A DNA stretch of 64,000 bases from positions 1 to 64,000 of IMG/VR virus record IMGVR_UViG_3300023174_000040. One strand, given 5' to 3'. Shown piece after piece: positions 50,147-57,849 of this stretch. The number at the start of each line of letters is the position of its first letter. Position 1 is the first letter of the stretch. The translations under genes were made by a program, and so were the position numbers. The notes under the pieces are model-generated. The model did no database searches. It saw nothing but the letters and a program-made list of their open reading frames with translations, and had not been told where the DNA came from.

Positions 50147-51059
50147 GAACATTAGATACGGAATTTGTTGTATTATTCTCTCGTTAGAGGAAAATGATCC
50201 TCCAAAGAAATTTCAAAGAATGACTTATAAAAAGTTTAGTCAAACTCCAAGAGAAGAGGCCGTGACTGAACTTAGCAAAAGAATACTCAATAATATTGAT
50301 GTTACATTCAATGCTATAAAGTATTGTAAAGAACGTAATTTTAATTATAGGCTAAGTAGCGACTTATTTTCATTGATAACGTATGATAAGGCCGATTTAT
50401 CGCTAGAGCAATTGCCGGATTATGATAAAATAATTGATCTTTTCAAGCAGATAAAAGAATATAATGCTGTGAACAGTGTTAGGATAAGCCTGCACCCTGA
50501 TCAATTCAATGTCCTTGCCAGCAAAGATGAAAATGCTTTATCAAGAACTATTAAGGAATTAAATTTTTATAGCTGGGTTATGGATCAAATTGGATGCTCT
50601 GCTGATTATAACTCCCCTATAAACCTTCATATAAATAACAATCAGGATAGTTGTGAGGAGATAATCGATAGGCTATCTGCTAGTTTAGATATATTGGATG
50701 ACAATTGCAGGTCTAGGATAGTTTTTGAGAATGACGATAAAACAAAGTGTTGGAGTGTAAAAAAACTATCTGGATTTTATTATAAAAAATTTAATTCGCC
50801 AATTACTTTCGACTTTCTCCATCACAAATGCCACCCGGACGGATTATCGGAGAAAGAGGCGTTCGAACTCTGCTGTCACTCTTGGGGCAGTTTTAAGCCC
50901 CTGTTCCACTACAGTGAGTCTCGGGATGAAAAGAATCCAAGAGCACACGCAGACTATCCTTCAAATATTCCCAGCTTTTACGACAGCGAAATTGACATAG
51001 ATTTTGAGTTTAAGAAAAAAGAAAAAGCTATTGAAAAATTCATTACTCTAAACCATTAG
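50145..51059 (+). CDS. uvsE: UV-damage endonuclease
   Basis: YRLSSDLF, SLHPDQFNVLAS, FENDD, TFDFLHH, PLFHYSES, AHADY. Confidence 0.92.
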   Translation: MNIRYGICCIILSLEENDPPKKFQRMTYKKFSQTPREEAVTELSKRILNNIDVTFNAIKYCKERNFNYRLSSDLFSLITYDKADLSLEQLPDYDKIIDLFKQIKEYNAVNSVRISLHPDQFNVLASKDENALSRTIKELNFYSWVMDQIGCSADYNSPINLHINNNQDSCEEIIDRLSASLDILDDNCRSRIVFENDDKTKCWSVKKLSGFYYKKFNSPITFDFLHHKCHPDGLSEKEAFELCCHSWGSFKPLFHYSESRDEKNPRAHADYPSNIPSFYDSEIDIDFEFKKKEKAIEKFITLNH

Positions 51060-52581
51060 ATATTTTATAATTATCTGTTAAGGTTTCCATTATATCTTTA
51101 TTTTCATAATTCTCAGATCTGACTGAATCTGGATGTGGCATATGAATTATACATGGTTTGTTATGGTTTAAATATTTTCTTTCCAAACCAATGCCAGTTA
51201 ATCTATTGAATATATCGCAATCTTCATATCCATAATTTTTCATCAATTCGTTATATCCGCCTATTTTTATCAAATTTTCTCTGTGAACATAAAGGAATCC
51301 GTGTAAATATCTAATAAATCCCATATCATTGTCGATCAGGAAATCTTCCCAGTTACCTGTTAGAAACTCATTTTTTTTAATTTTATATTCTTGAAAAAAG
51401 TCGTAATATGGATTTAAAATATAATCCACATCCATTTTTATAATCAAGTCGCCACAGGTATTTTTTATTGCTAAATTTGGTGCTTTTACAACTGAAAAGT
51501 ATTTTTCATTTTCTACCCTGATTACTTTAATCCGATTATCCAACTTTGATAGGTAAGATATGTCTTCATCTGAGGACCAATCTACTATTACATATTCTTT
51601 TATATCTTTATGTTTTATCCATGATTGAATAGATATTTTCAGCATATCAGTTCTGTTCTTAACAGAACAAATCAATGAAATAGTTTCTTCTTTTTTTGGA
51701 ACTAATTTTACTTCTTGTTTTTTTGCTATAATTAATGGAATTTTATTTATCTTTGAGGAGATGTATGAAAAGCTACTCCAATTTGATCCTATTATTTTTT
51801 TTGTTCCAGACAATAACATCATATCAATCAATGCATCTTTTTGACCTGGTTTACTTTCTAAATGATTTATGTTTTTAAAAAACTTTTTATCTTTGTTCCA
51901 TAATAAATTTGGAAATTTATTTACAAAATAGTTGTTGGTATCCTCACAGTCTGTTGATAAGAAAAAATTACAATCTGGATTTGCTTCCATTTCTTCATTT
52001 ATTTTAATCACAAATGACTCATTATCGGAAATGCCAAACTTGTCTTTCCATGGACTTGTTGTTGAGTCTCCTCTTCTTATGTGAATCCCTATGGTATTTT
52101 TATTAAAAGACTTTCTTATATTCTTTATTTTATTTTGTATTTCTGGTTTGAATTTTAAACTTTTAATGAAGTCATACTTGCCATAATTGTGCCACAAAGA
52201 ACTTAGCATGTATTCAATGCAAGAATCGCCACAATAACAAAAAGAATTTTTTTTAATAAAATCAATTATTGAATTTTGTTCAATTTCTTGAACATATTCG
52301 TCTGGATTTTTTTCATTTTTGTAAACCACCCTGTCTAGATTAAAATTATCTTTGCTGAATTCTTCATATTCTTTTTCATTTATGAATTTTAATTTTGTTT
52401 TTTGAAACAAGTCGTAGAATTTCTCATCAGACCACCCTGCTCCCCCACCCCAGAGAACTCTTAATTCGAAATTATTCTCTTCTGCAAAATTGTAAAAAGA
52501 ATTCAAAGTGCGCAATCTATTTGCCAATCCATGTTTTACTTTGATGCAAATAATTCTATTAGAAGGCTCCATATCTCTCAT
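51043..52581 (-). CDS. bifunctional glycosyltransferase: alpha-fucosyltransferase-like (GT11/NodZ type) + GT2/GT7-like
   Basis: GLANRL, IGIHIRRGD, FLSTD, SSFS; then VIVDWSS, MDVD, GGYNE..KNYGYED. Confidence 0.8.
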   Translation of the reverse strand: MRDMEPSNRIICIKVKHGLANRLRTLNSFYNFAEENNFELRVLWGGGAGWSDEKFYDLFQKTKLKFINEKEYEEFSKDNFNLDRVVYKNEKNPDEYVQEIEQNSIIDFIKKNSFCYCGDSCIEYMLSSLWHNYGKYDFIKSLKFKPEIQNKIKNIRKSFNKNTIGIHIRRGDSTTSPWKDKFGISDNESFVIKINEEMEANPDCNFFLSTDCEDTNNYFVNKFPNLLWNKDKKFFKNINHLESKPGQKDALIDMMLLSGTKKIIGSNWSSFSYISSKINKIPLIIAKKQEVKLVPKKEETISLICSVKNRTDMLKISIQSWIKHKDIKEYVIVDWSSDEDISYLSKLDNRIKVIRVENEKYFSVVKAPNLAIKNTCGDLIIKMDVDYILNPYYDFFQEYKIKKNEFLTGNWEDFLIDNDMGFIRYLHGFLYVHRENLIKIGGYNELMKNYGYEDCDIFNRLTGIGLERKYLNHNKPCIIHMPHPDSVRSENYENKDIMETLTDNYKISNGLE

Positions 52582-52617
52582 AAGAGGATTGAATTTTTAA
52601 TTTTTTACCCCTCTCGG

Positions 52618-52634
52618 TTTCCTTTTGGTACGGT
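52618..52634 (+). promoter_or_regulatory. 17-bp motif, copy 8
   Basis: TTTCCTTTTGGTACGGT in a divergent intergenic gap. Confidence 0.75.
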
Positions 52635-52669
52635 TGATAACGGGAAGGTCCACAGAGAATTTGTCTTAA

Positions 52670-53263
52670 ATGTTTAAAAAAATAATTGCACCCCTGTCGT
52701 TGCTGTTTATTTGTTGTTTTTCCTTAAAAGCCCAGGAAGAATCGACAGATCGAATTACTACCACACAAGACGATAATGGTTATTTCAACACTATTGAAGA
52801 AATTTGCGAAGCAGCAAACGCAGAAGATCACAATAAATATCTTTCTCTTCGTGTGAGTTCCACTAAAAGAGAGAAGAGAGAAATTGCACTGTTCTTTTTG
52901 TCTAATAAAATTAATATATCTATATTAGACAAAAAGTTAATAGATATTAAGGATGATTTTGCCGAGATAGCAGTTGAATACAAAATGACTGTTAATGAAA
53001 CAAACAATATTATTGTGAGCTTACTTGCAATGAAAAAAATAGACTCTGATTGGAAGCTAATCAAAGAGACGGTGATTAGTAAGAAACTGGAATCCCGGTG
53101 TAGGAGTGGAAATTGTCGTGCTGTTGATAATGATTTTTCTAACCCTCCTAGACTAAATTGCCCCAATGGTAAATGTCGTGCCGTGGGCGATAGTCCTTTG
53201 TCTTTGCCTCCAAAGCCTAATTGTGCTAACGGCAGGTGCAATCTTCTTATGAGAATTGAGTAA
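52670..53263 (+). CDS. secreted NTF2/SnoaL-like protein with three CxxGxC repeats
   Basis: Sec signal MFKKIIAPLSLLFICCFSLKA; DWKLIKETVI; CRSGNC, CPNGKC, CANGRC. Confidence 0.6.
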   Translation: MFKKIIAPLSLLFICCFSLKAQEESTDRITTTQDDNGYFNTIEEICEAANAEDHNKYLSLRVSSTKREKREIALFFLSNKINISILDKKLIDIKDDFAEIAVEYKMTVNETNNIIVSLLAMKKIDSDWKLIKETVISKKLESRCRSGNCRAVDNDFSNPPRLNCPNGKCRAVGDSPLSLPPKPNCANGRCNLLMRIE

Positions 53264-53293
53264 AAAAAATAAAATAGTTTAATAAATAACCTC

Positions 53294-53458
53294 ATGAAGG
53301 TTATTTGTGAAAACAATGATTATTATCCTGCCGCTCTTAAGACCGGCAACGTCTATGATGTCTATATTGCAAAAGATTCTACTTTTATCATAATTGATGA
53401 ATTTCTTGAAAATCAAGAATATCCAAGAAATATATTCAAGATAATGGAACATTCTTGA
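53294..53458 (+). CDS. 54-aa hypothetical protein (not in the ORF track)
   Basis: MKVICENNDYYPAALKTGNVYDV...IIDE...YP; fits the + strand operon. Confidence 0.65.
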   Translation: MKVICENNDYYPAALKTGNVYDVYIAKDSTFIIIDEFLENQEYPRNIFKIMEHS

Positions 53459-53480
53459 CAATTTGATTATAAGCTTTAAA

Positions 53481-53888
53481 ATGTTCAGGATGAACTTATC
53501 TAAAGTAATAGAAATTAGTTATGCCTTGGCGGGCAAACACAGGGGAAATCATAGGTGCCGCCATTTTAGTTTTATTTATGAAAGAAATACATTAATCTCT
53601 GTGGGGATGAACAGCGCAAAAACTCATCCATTAAATTTAAAATATAATTATATCAACAAGCAAAAAGATAAAATTAGTGATATTGTTGGCACCCATTCTG
53701 AATTGAGTGCAGTTCTAAAATTAGGCTATGAAGATTGTAGTGGACTAACAATAATAAATACAAGAATCAACCGCAGAAACGAGGTTGATTATAGTCGCCC
53801 GTGCATAGGATGCATGGATATGTTGACTCAACTTGGCTTTAAAAGAATTTTATACACAACTAAAGACAAGACGTTTTTAGAGATATGA
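53481..53888 (+). CDS. zinc-dependent cytidine/dCMP-deaminase-like protein (start 53481 or 53490)
   Basis: HSE and PCIGC motifs. Confidence 0.8.
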   Translation: MFRMNLSKVIEISYALAGKHRGNHRCRHFSFIYERNTLISVGMNSAKTHPLNLKYNYINKQKDKISDIVGTHSELSAVLKLGYEDCSGLTIINTRINRRNEVDYSRPCIGCMDMLTQLGFKRILYTTKDKTFLEI

Positions 53889-54940
53889 TAGATAAACTAA
53901 TAGATGATGGTTACGTTAATGTAGTGAAGCATCCTACTGACGAACTATTTATCTACAATTATACTGCTCGGGCACAATATGAAAATAAGTGGGCAGAATA
54001 TCCTGAGATTAGGAAATATAGAGGTCTGATATTGGACCCTTCAGGACAAATAGTGGGTAAATCTTTTGATAAGTTTCATAACTTAGAAGAATATTCTGAA
54101 AATAGTATTCTCGGTCCATTGCCGGATTACAACGATTTCGAAGTTTATGACAAACTAGACGGCAGCCTGGGTATATCGTATAAATACTCTGGGGGTGTTG
54201 CTATAGCAACAAGAGGCAGTTTCACATCAGAGCAGTCCTTTTGGGCCACCAACCATCTAAATAAAAAATATCCAAACTTTAACCCGCCAGATGATTTGAC
54301 TTTTCTTTTTGAGATATTATATAAAAAAAATAGAATAGTTGTTGATTATGATTACGAGGGATTAGTTTTACTTTCTGTTTTTAGAAAAGAAATAGAATTA
54401 TCTCGAGAAGAAATAGAAGTTATTTCAAAAGAGTATGATTTTGAATTAGTGGAAAAGTTTGATGGGATAAAAGATTTTGATAATATAAGAACTCTTTATG
54501 CAAGAGATAATGCCGAAGGCTTTGTGATAAAGTTCGATAATGGATTAAGGGTAAAATTAAAATATGAAGAATATTGTCGATTGCATAAAATAGTCACAGG
54601 TGTAAATTCTAAGATAATATGGGAAATGCTAAAAGAGAACAAAAACTTTGATGAAATTTTAGATCATGTCCCCGATGAATTTTACGATTGGGTAAAAAAC
54701 ACAAGAGACGCCATACAGGAAAAATATGAAGGAATAATTGAATCTGCGGAAGAAAAGAAAGAAAGTATTAAAAATTTAACAAGAAAAGAGCAGGCAGAAA
54801 TTATACTTCGGGATTGCAGAGACTATTCCGGTGTGGTATTCTCTCTGCTTGATAATAGGCCAGATAAGGCAAAAGAAATAAGTTGGAAATTAAGCAAGCC
54901 AGAAAATGATAAGCCGTTTAAGGATGAACAACAAGGCTGA
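53885..54940 (+). CDS. T4 Rnl1-like RNA ligase
   Basis: DKLDGS, ATRGSF, FEIL...NRIVVDY, EGFVI, RVKLK motifs. Confidence 0.9.
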   Translation: MIDKLIDDGYVNVVKHPTDELFIYNYTARAQYENKWAEYPEIRKYRGLILDPSGQIVGKSFDKFHNLEEYSENSILGPLPDYNDFEVYDKLDGSLGISYKYSGGVAIATRGSFTSEQSFWATNHLNKKYPNFNPPDDLTFLFEILYKKNRIVVDYDYEGLVLLSVFRKEIELSREEIEVISKEYDFELVEKFDGIKDFDNIRTLYARDNAEGFVIKFDNGLRVKLKYEEYCRLHKIVTGVNSKIIWEMLKENKNFDEILDHVPDEFYDWVKNTRDAIQEKYEGIIESAEEKKESIKNLTRKEQAEIILRDCRDYSGVVFSLLDNRPDKAKEISWKLSKPENDKPFKDEQQG

Positions 54941-54954
54941 GATAAGGGGGATTT

Positions 54955-55542
54955 ATGATTAATATTAAACCACGCCTCCAACCAGAAGATTTTGAATTCT
55001 GGTTTAGTGTTCGTGGCTTTAGCAACTATGAAAACTACTGCTCGGAAACTAAAGAAAAAATTTCAACCGATCCCAGGTTCGCTTTTAAATATGCGGAAAA
55101 ATTTGGGCCTCTTCCAGAAGAGTGTGAATCTGTATTTTTAAAGAGTCCCGAATATGCTTATAATTATTCTTATTGGATAAAAAATAAAAGACTTTCTCCT
55201 AAACTTGAGAAAGTTTTTTCCCGATGTCCTAAGTGGGCTTATATTTATGCAAAAAAAATAATTAAAGGTAGATTGCCAAAAAGCATAGAAAAAGCTTTCT
55301 TAAAGTCACCCGAATATGCACTGCAGTACGCATACCTCATTGGTAAGCTGGAAGAAGATTTAGAATTTGTTTTTTTAGAAGATTGTGAACTTGCTCTAAA
55401 ATACGCAAGAGAGATAATAAAGAAAGGATTCTCGGGAAAAATGCACAATGCATTATTTTTAAAATTTTCTTTTGAGAAAAATAATGGTTATCAAAAACTT
55501 CATCTATCTCAGTACTTTCAAGAGTTTCCACAACCAACCTAG
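54955..55542 (+). CDS. helical-repeat hypothetical protein
   Basis: About 25-aa repeats P..A..YA...I..RL...E..F. Confidence 0.7.
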   Translation: MINIKPRLQPEDFEFWFSVRGFSNYENYCSETKEKISTDPRFAFKYAEKFGPLPEECESVFLKSPEYAYNYSYWIKNKRLSPKLEKVFSRCPKWAYIYAKKIIKGRLPKSIEKAFLKSPEYALQYAYLIGKLEEDLEFVFLEDCELALKYAREIIKKGFSGKMHNALFLKFSFEKNNGYQKLHLSQYFQEFPQPT

Positions 55543-55547
55543 TTCAA

Positions 55548-56402
55548 TCAACCTAATAAAATACTTATATTTTTTAATAACTCCGTATCATTTGCGATTT
55601 CTGCTTCGTTTATAAAATTATCTATATTTAAAACTTTTTGTCTTAATGTAAGGGTGTTAGTTTTTATTTTTTTTTGTTTTGGAGTTCCACTGATATCAAA
55701 GAAGTTTTTGGGATCCTCTCCTAAAAATTTAATAATATTCTTATAAAAAGAAATATAATTTTCTCCTGTTAAATTTTCATAAGTCACATGTTGATAATCA
55801 ATATTGTTCCTTAAACAGAAGTTAAATACTATTTCTTCTTCTTCTAATAAATCTTTTTTATACTCAATAAATTCTTTGTAAAATACATTGATTCCAATTG
55901 AATGAAATTTTATTGATTCTAATTCTGAATTATAATTTTTTGTAATGCCTGCTGTTTTGTGCGAAATATATTTCAAAAAGATATTATTACGAGTCAAATG
56001 TATAATTTTTATATTATTATTTTTTATATATTTTAAAAAATTGCTGATCCCGATATGGTCTCCTGGCGGCAATTTATTATTGGTTCCTATGTGATGACTA
56101 AAAAATACCTTAAATCCAAAATGTTCCGACTGTTTTATCTCCTCCCAAATCTTTAAATATTCAATAAAGTTTCTGTTTCTGTTTCCTATAAATTGATTCG
56201 GATCACTACCAAATAAGATTTCACATCTTTTTCTAACTTCTGAATTGTTTTCTGCTAAATTCAATAAATTTAAACACGGTCTTACTTTGTATGGATGAAA
56301 TATCTCATACTGGCAACGTATGCTTTTTTGACTATCGAGGAACTCACATAGCATCTGAGACCCACTTCTGGGTGTTGTAACTATTATAAATTTTTTTGCC
56401 AT
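55548..56402 (-). CDS. Stf0-like sulfotransferase
   Basis: TTPRSGSQML (5'-PSB), EIFH, IIHLTRNN, TYENL. Confidence 0.75.
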   Translation of the reverse strand: MAKKFIIVTTPRSGSQMLCEFLDSQKSIRCQYEIFHPYKVRPCLNLLNLAENNSEVRKRCEILFGSDPNQFIGNRNRNFIEYLKIWEEIKQSEHFGFKVFFSHHIGTNNKLPPGDHIGISNFLKYIKNNNIKIIHLTRNNIFLKYISHKTAGITKNYNSELESIKFHSIGINVFYKEFIEYKKDLLEEEEIVFNFCLRNNIDYQHVTYENLTGENYISFYKNIIKFLGEDPKNFFDISGTPKQKKIKTNTLTLRQKVLNIDNFINEAEIANDTELLKNISILLG

Positions 56403-56440
56403 AATACCAATGCGGATTATTTGCTAAAAAACCGGTAGAG

Positions 56441-56632
56441 TCATCGACTCTTTTTCTTCTTCTTTTTCTTTTTCTTTTTGAGGCTATTTCTACTGGCCTT
56501 TACATATACTTGATCTGGGCCTGTTTGGTTGGCTAGTGGTGGATATTGGCCCACACCGCCATATTGCGGGGGATATATTCCCACTATCTCTTCTCCAAAT
56601 ATTTTCTTTACATATTCTTTAAAAGTTATCAT
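56441..56632 (-). CDS. small protein with CTS-like N-terminus and poly-Lys tail
   Basis: MITFKEYV...YPPQYGGVGQYPP...K10SR. Confidence 0.65.
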   Translation of the reverse strand: MITFKEYVKKIFGEEIVGIYPPQYGGVGQYPPLANQTGPDQVYVKASRNSLKKKKKKKKKKSR

Positions 56633-56636
56633 AAAG

Positions 56637-56644
56637 TTATATAT
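56637..56644 (-). promoter_or_regulatory. putative late promoter ATATATAA
   Basis: ATATATAA-CTTT-ATG. Confidence 0.5.
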
Positions 56645-56688
56645 CCACTATATAGTTTTTTTACTTAGAGCTTAAACTATATAGATTT

Positions 56689-57849
56689 ATGCAAGACGAT
56701 GCAGTTCCAACTACAACTCCATTATTTACCGTAGGAAGCGAAGTTTATTCTTTGCTTCAAGAGAAAAATGGTTATTTAGAAAAAGTTGTAATTAAAAAAA
56801 TAATATACAATCCAGAAAATCAATCTTATCTTTATAAAGATACTTGGAATGGTATTTATTTTGAGGAAGATTTGCGTGAGATACAATCCCCAACCCCAAC
56901 ATTAACACCCACTTTAACGCTAACAAAAACCCCAACATCCACTCCAACAAAAACCAATACTCCGACTAGCACTAGGACCCCAACATCCACTCCAACAAAA
57001 ACAAAAACCAATACTCCGACTAGCACTAGGACCCCAACATCCACTCCAACAAAAACCAATACTCCGACTATTACTAGGACCCCTCTTCCCACACAAACAT
57101 CAACTCTTGCCCCAACCCCAACCTGTACTTCAACGCCCACATTGACTCTTACTCTAACGCCCACACTGACATCAACATCCACTCTAACACCAACACCTAC
57201 ACTCACTTCGAATACAATAATTCCAAGCTGTAACTCAATTACTTTGGTGGGCATCAATGCGGACACAACAGGAAATTCTGCGACGAAAACATCTGCTGGT
57301 GGTTGGGATTCATCATCGTATTCCGTTGAAACTTATTCAGAACCAGTCTCAGTAACATTCCAGGCTTCAACTAACGGAAATTATTTTATGGGTGGATTTT
57401 CTTATAATCCAACTACAAATACTCAGACTTATATAAATACAACCTATGGATTTTATATACAAAATGGATTTTTAGAGATATACGAATATGGAGGCCAAGT
57501 TAATGTCCCCGGCTCTACCATCACATTATCCACCGATGTTTGGAAGGTAGATTATAATGGAACAAATGTTGAATATTATAAAAATAATAATTTAATTTAT
57601 ACCTCATTAAATCCAATAACACAACCACTGCACGTTTTCTTTGCACTTTTGACTGGGGGGCAAGGCGTCACTAATATTTGTGTCAGATCAACAAACACTC
57701 CAAAACCGACGCCAACAAATACACCTACCAATACACTTGTTATGCTTTCTTATGAAAGAAGCTCAGATGCCCCAATCAGCACAGATCAAAATTGGGGTTT
57801 ATTAAGATCAGTCATACCAAACAACATACAAGGGTGGGGCGAATCATGA
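56689..57849 (+). CDS. Thr/Pro-linker protein with a ConA/SPRY-like C-terminal domain
   Basis: About 115-aa T-x repeat; beta-rich domain [13 protein letters not shown]...KVDYNG.NVEYYKN. Confidence 0.75.
   Translation: MQDDAVPTTTPLFTVGSEVYSLLQEKNGYLEKVVIKKIIYNPENQSYLYKDTWNGIYFEEDLREIQSPTPTLTPTLTLTKTPTSTPTKTNTPTSTRTPTSTPTKTKTNTPTSTRTPTSTPTKTNTPTITRTPLPTQTSTLAPTPTCTSTPTLTLTLTPTLTSTSTLTPTPTLTSNTIIPSCNSITLVGINADTTGNSATKTSAGGWDSSSYSVETYSEPVSVTFQASTNGNYFMGGFSYNPTTNTQTYINTTYGFYIQNGFLEIYEYGGQVNVPGSTITLSTDVWKVDYNGTNVEYYKNNNLIYTSLNPITQPLHVFFALLTGGQGVTNICVRSTNTPKPTPTNTPTNTLVMLSYERSSDAPISTDQNWGLLRSVIPNNIQGWGES

Noticed and set aside
33620-52634. GGTACG motif as a sigma54 promoter
   Set aside because: It resembles the -24 TGGCAC box, but no copy has the -12 GC ten bases after GG.
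53279-53461. Minus-strand 60-aa ORF from the track
   Set aside because: The overlapping + strand ORF 53294-53458 fits the operon better and looks more protein-like.
14379-57266. Val/Gly-rich antisense ORFs (e.g. 14379, 15843, 22305, 24164, 56856) and His/Leu alternative-frame ORFs (5318, 5325)
   Set aside because: These are shadows of the Thr/Pro repeat codons on other frames or strands.
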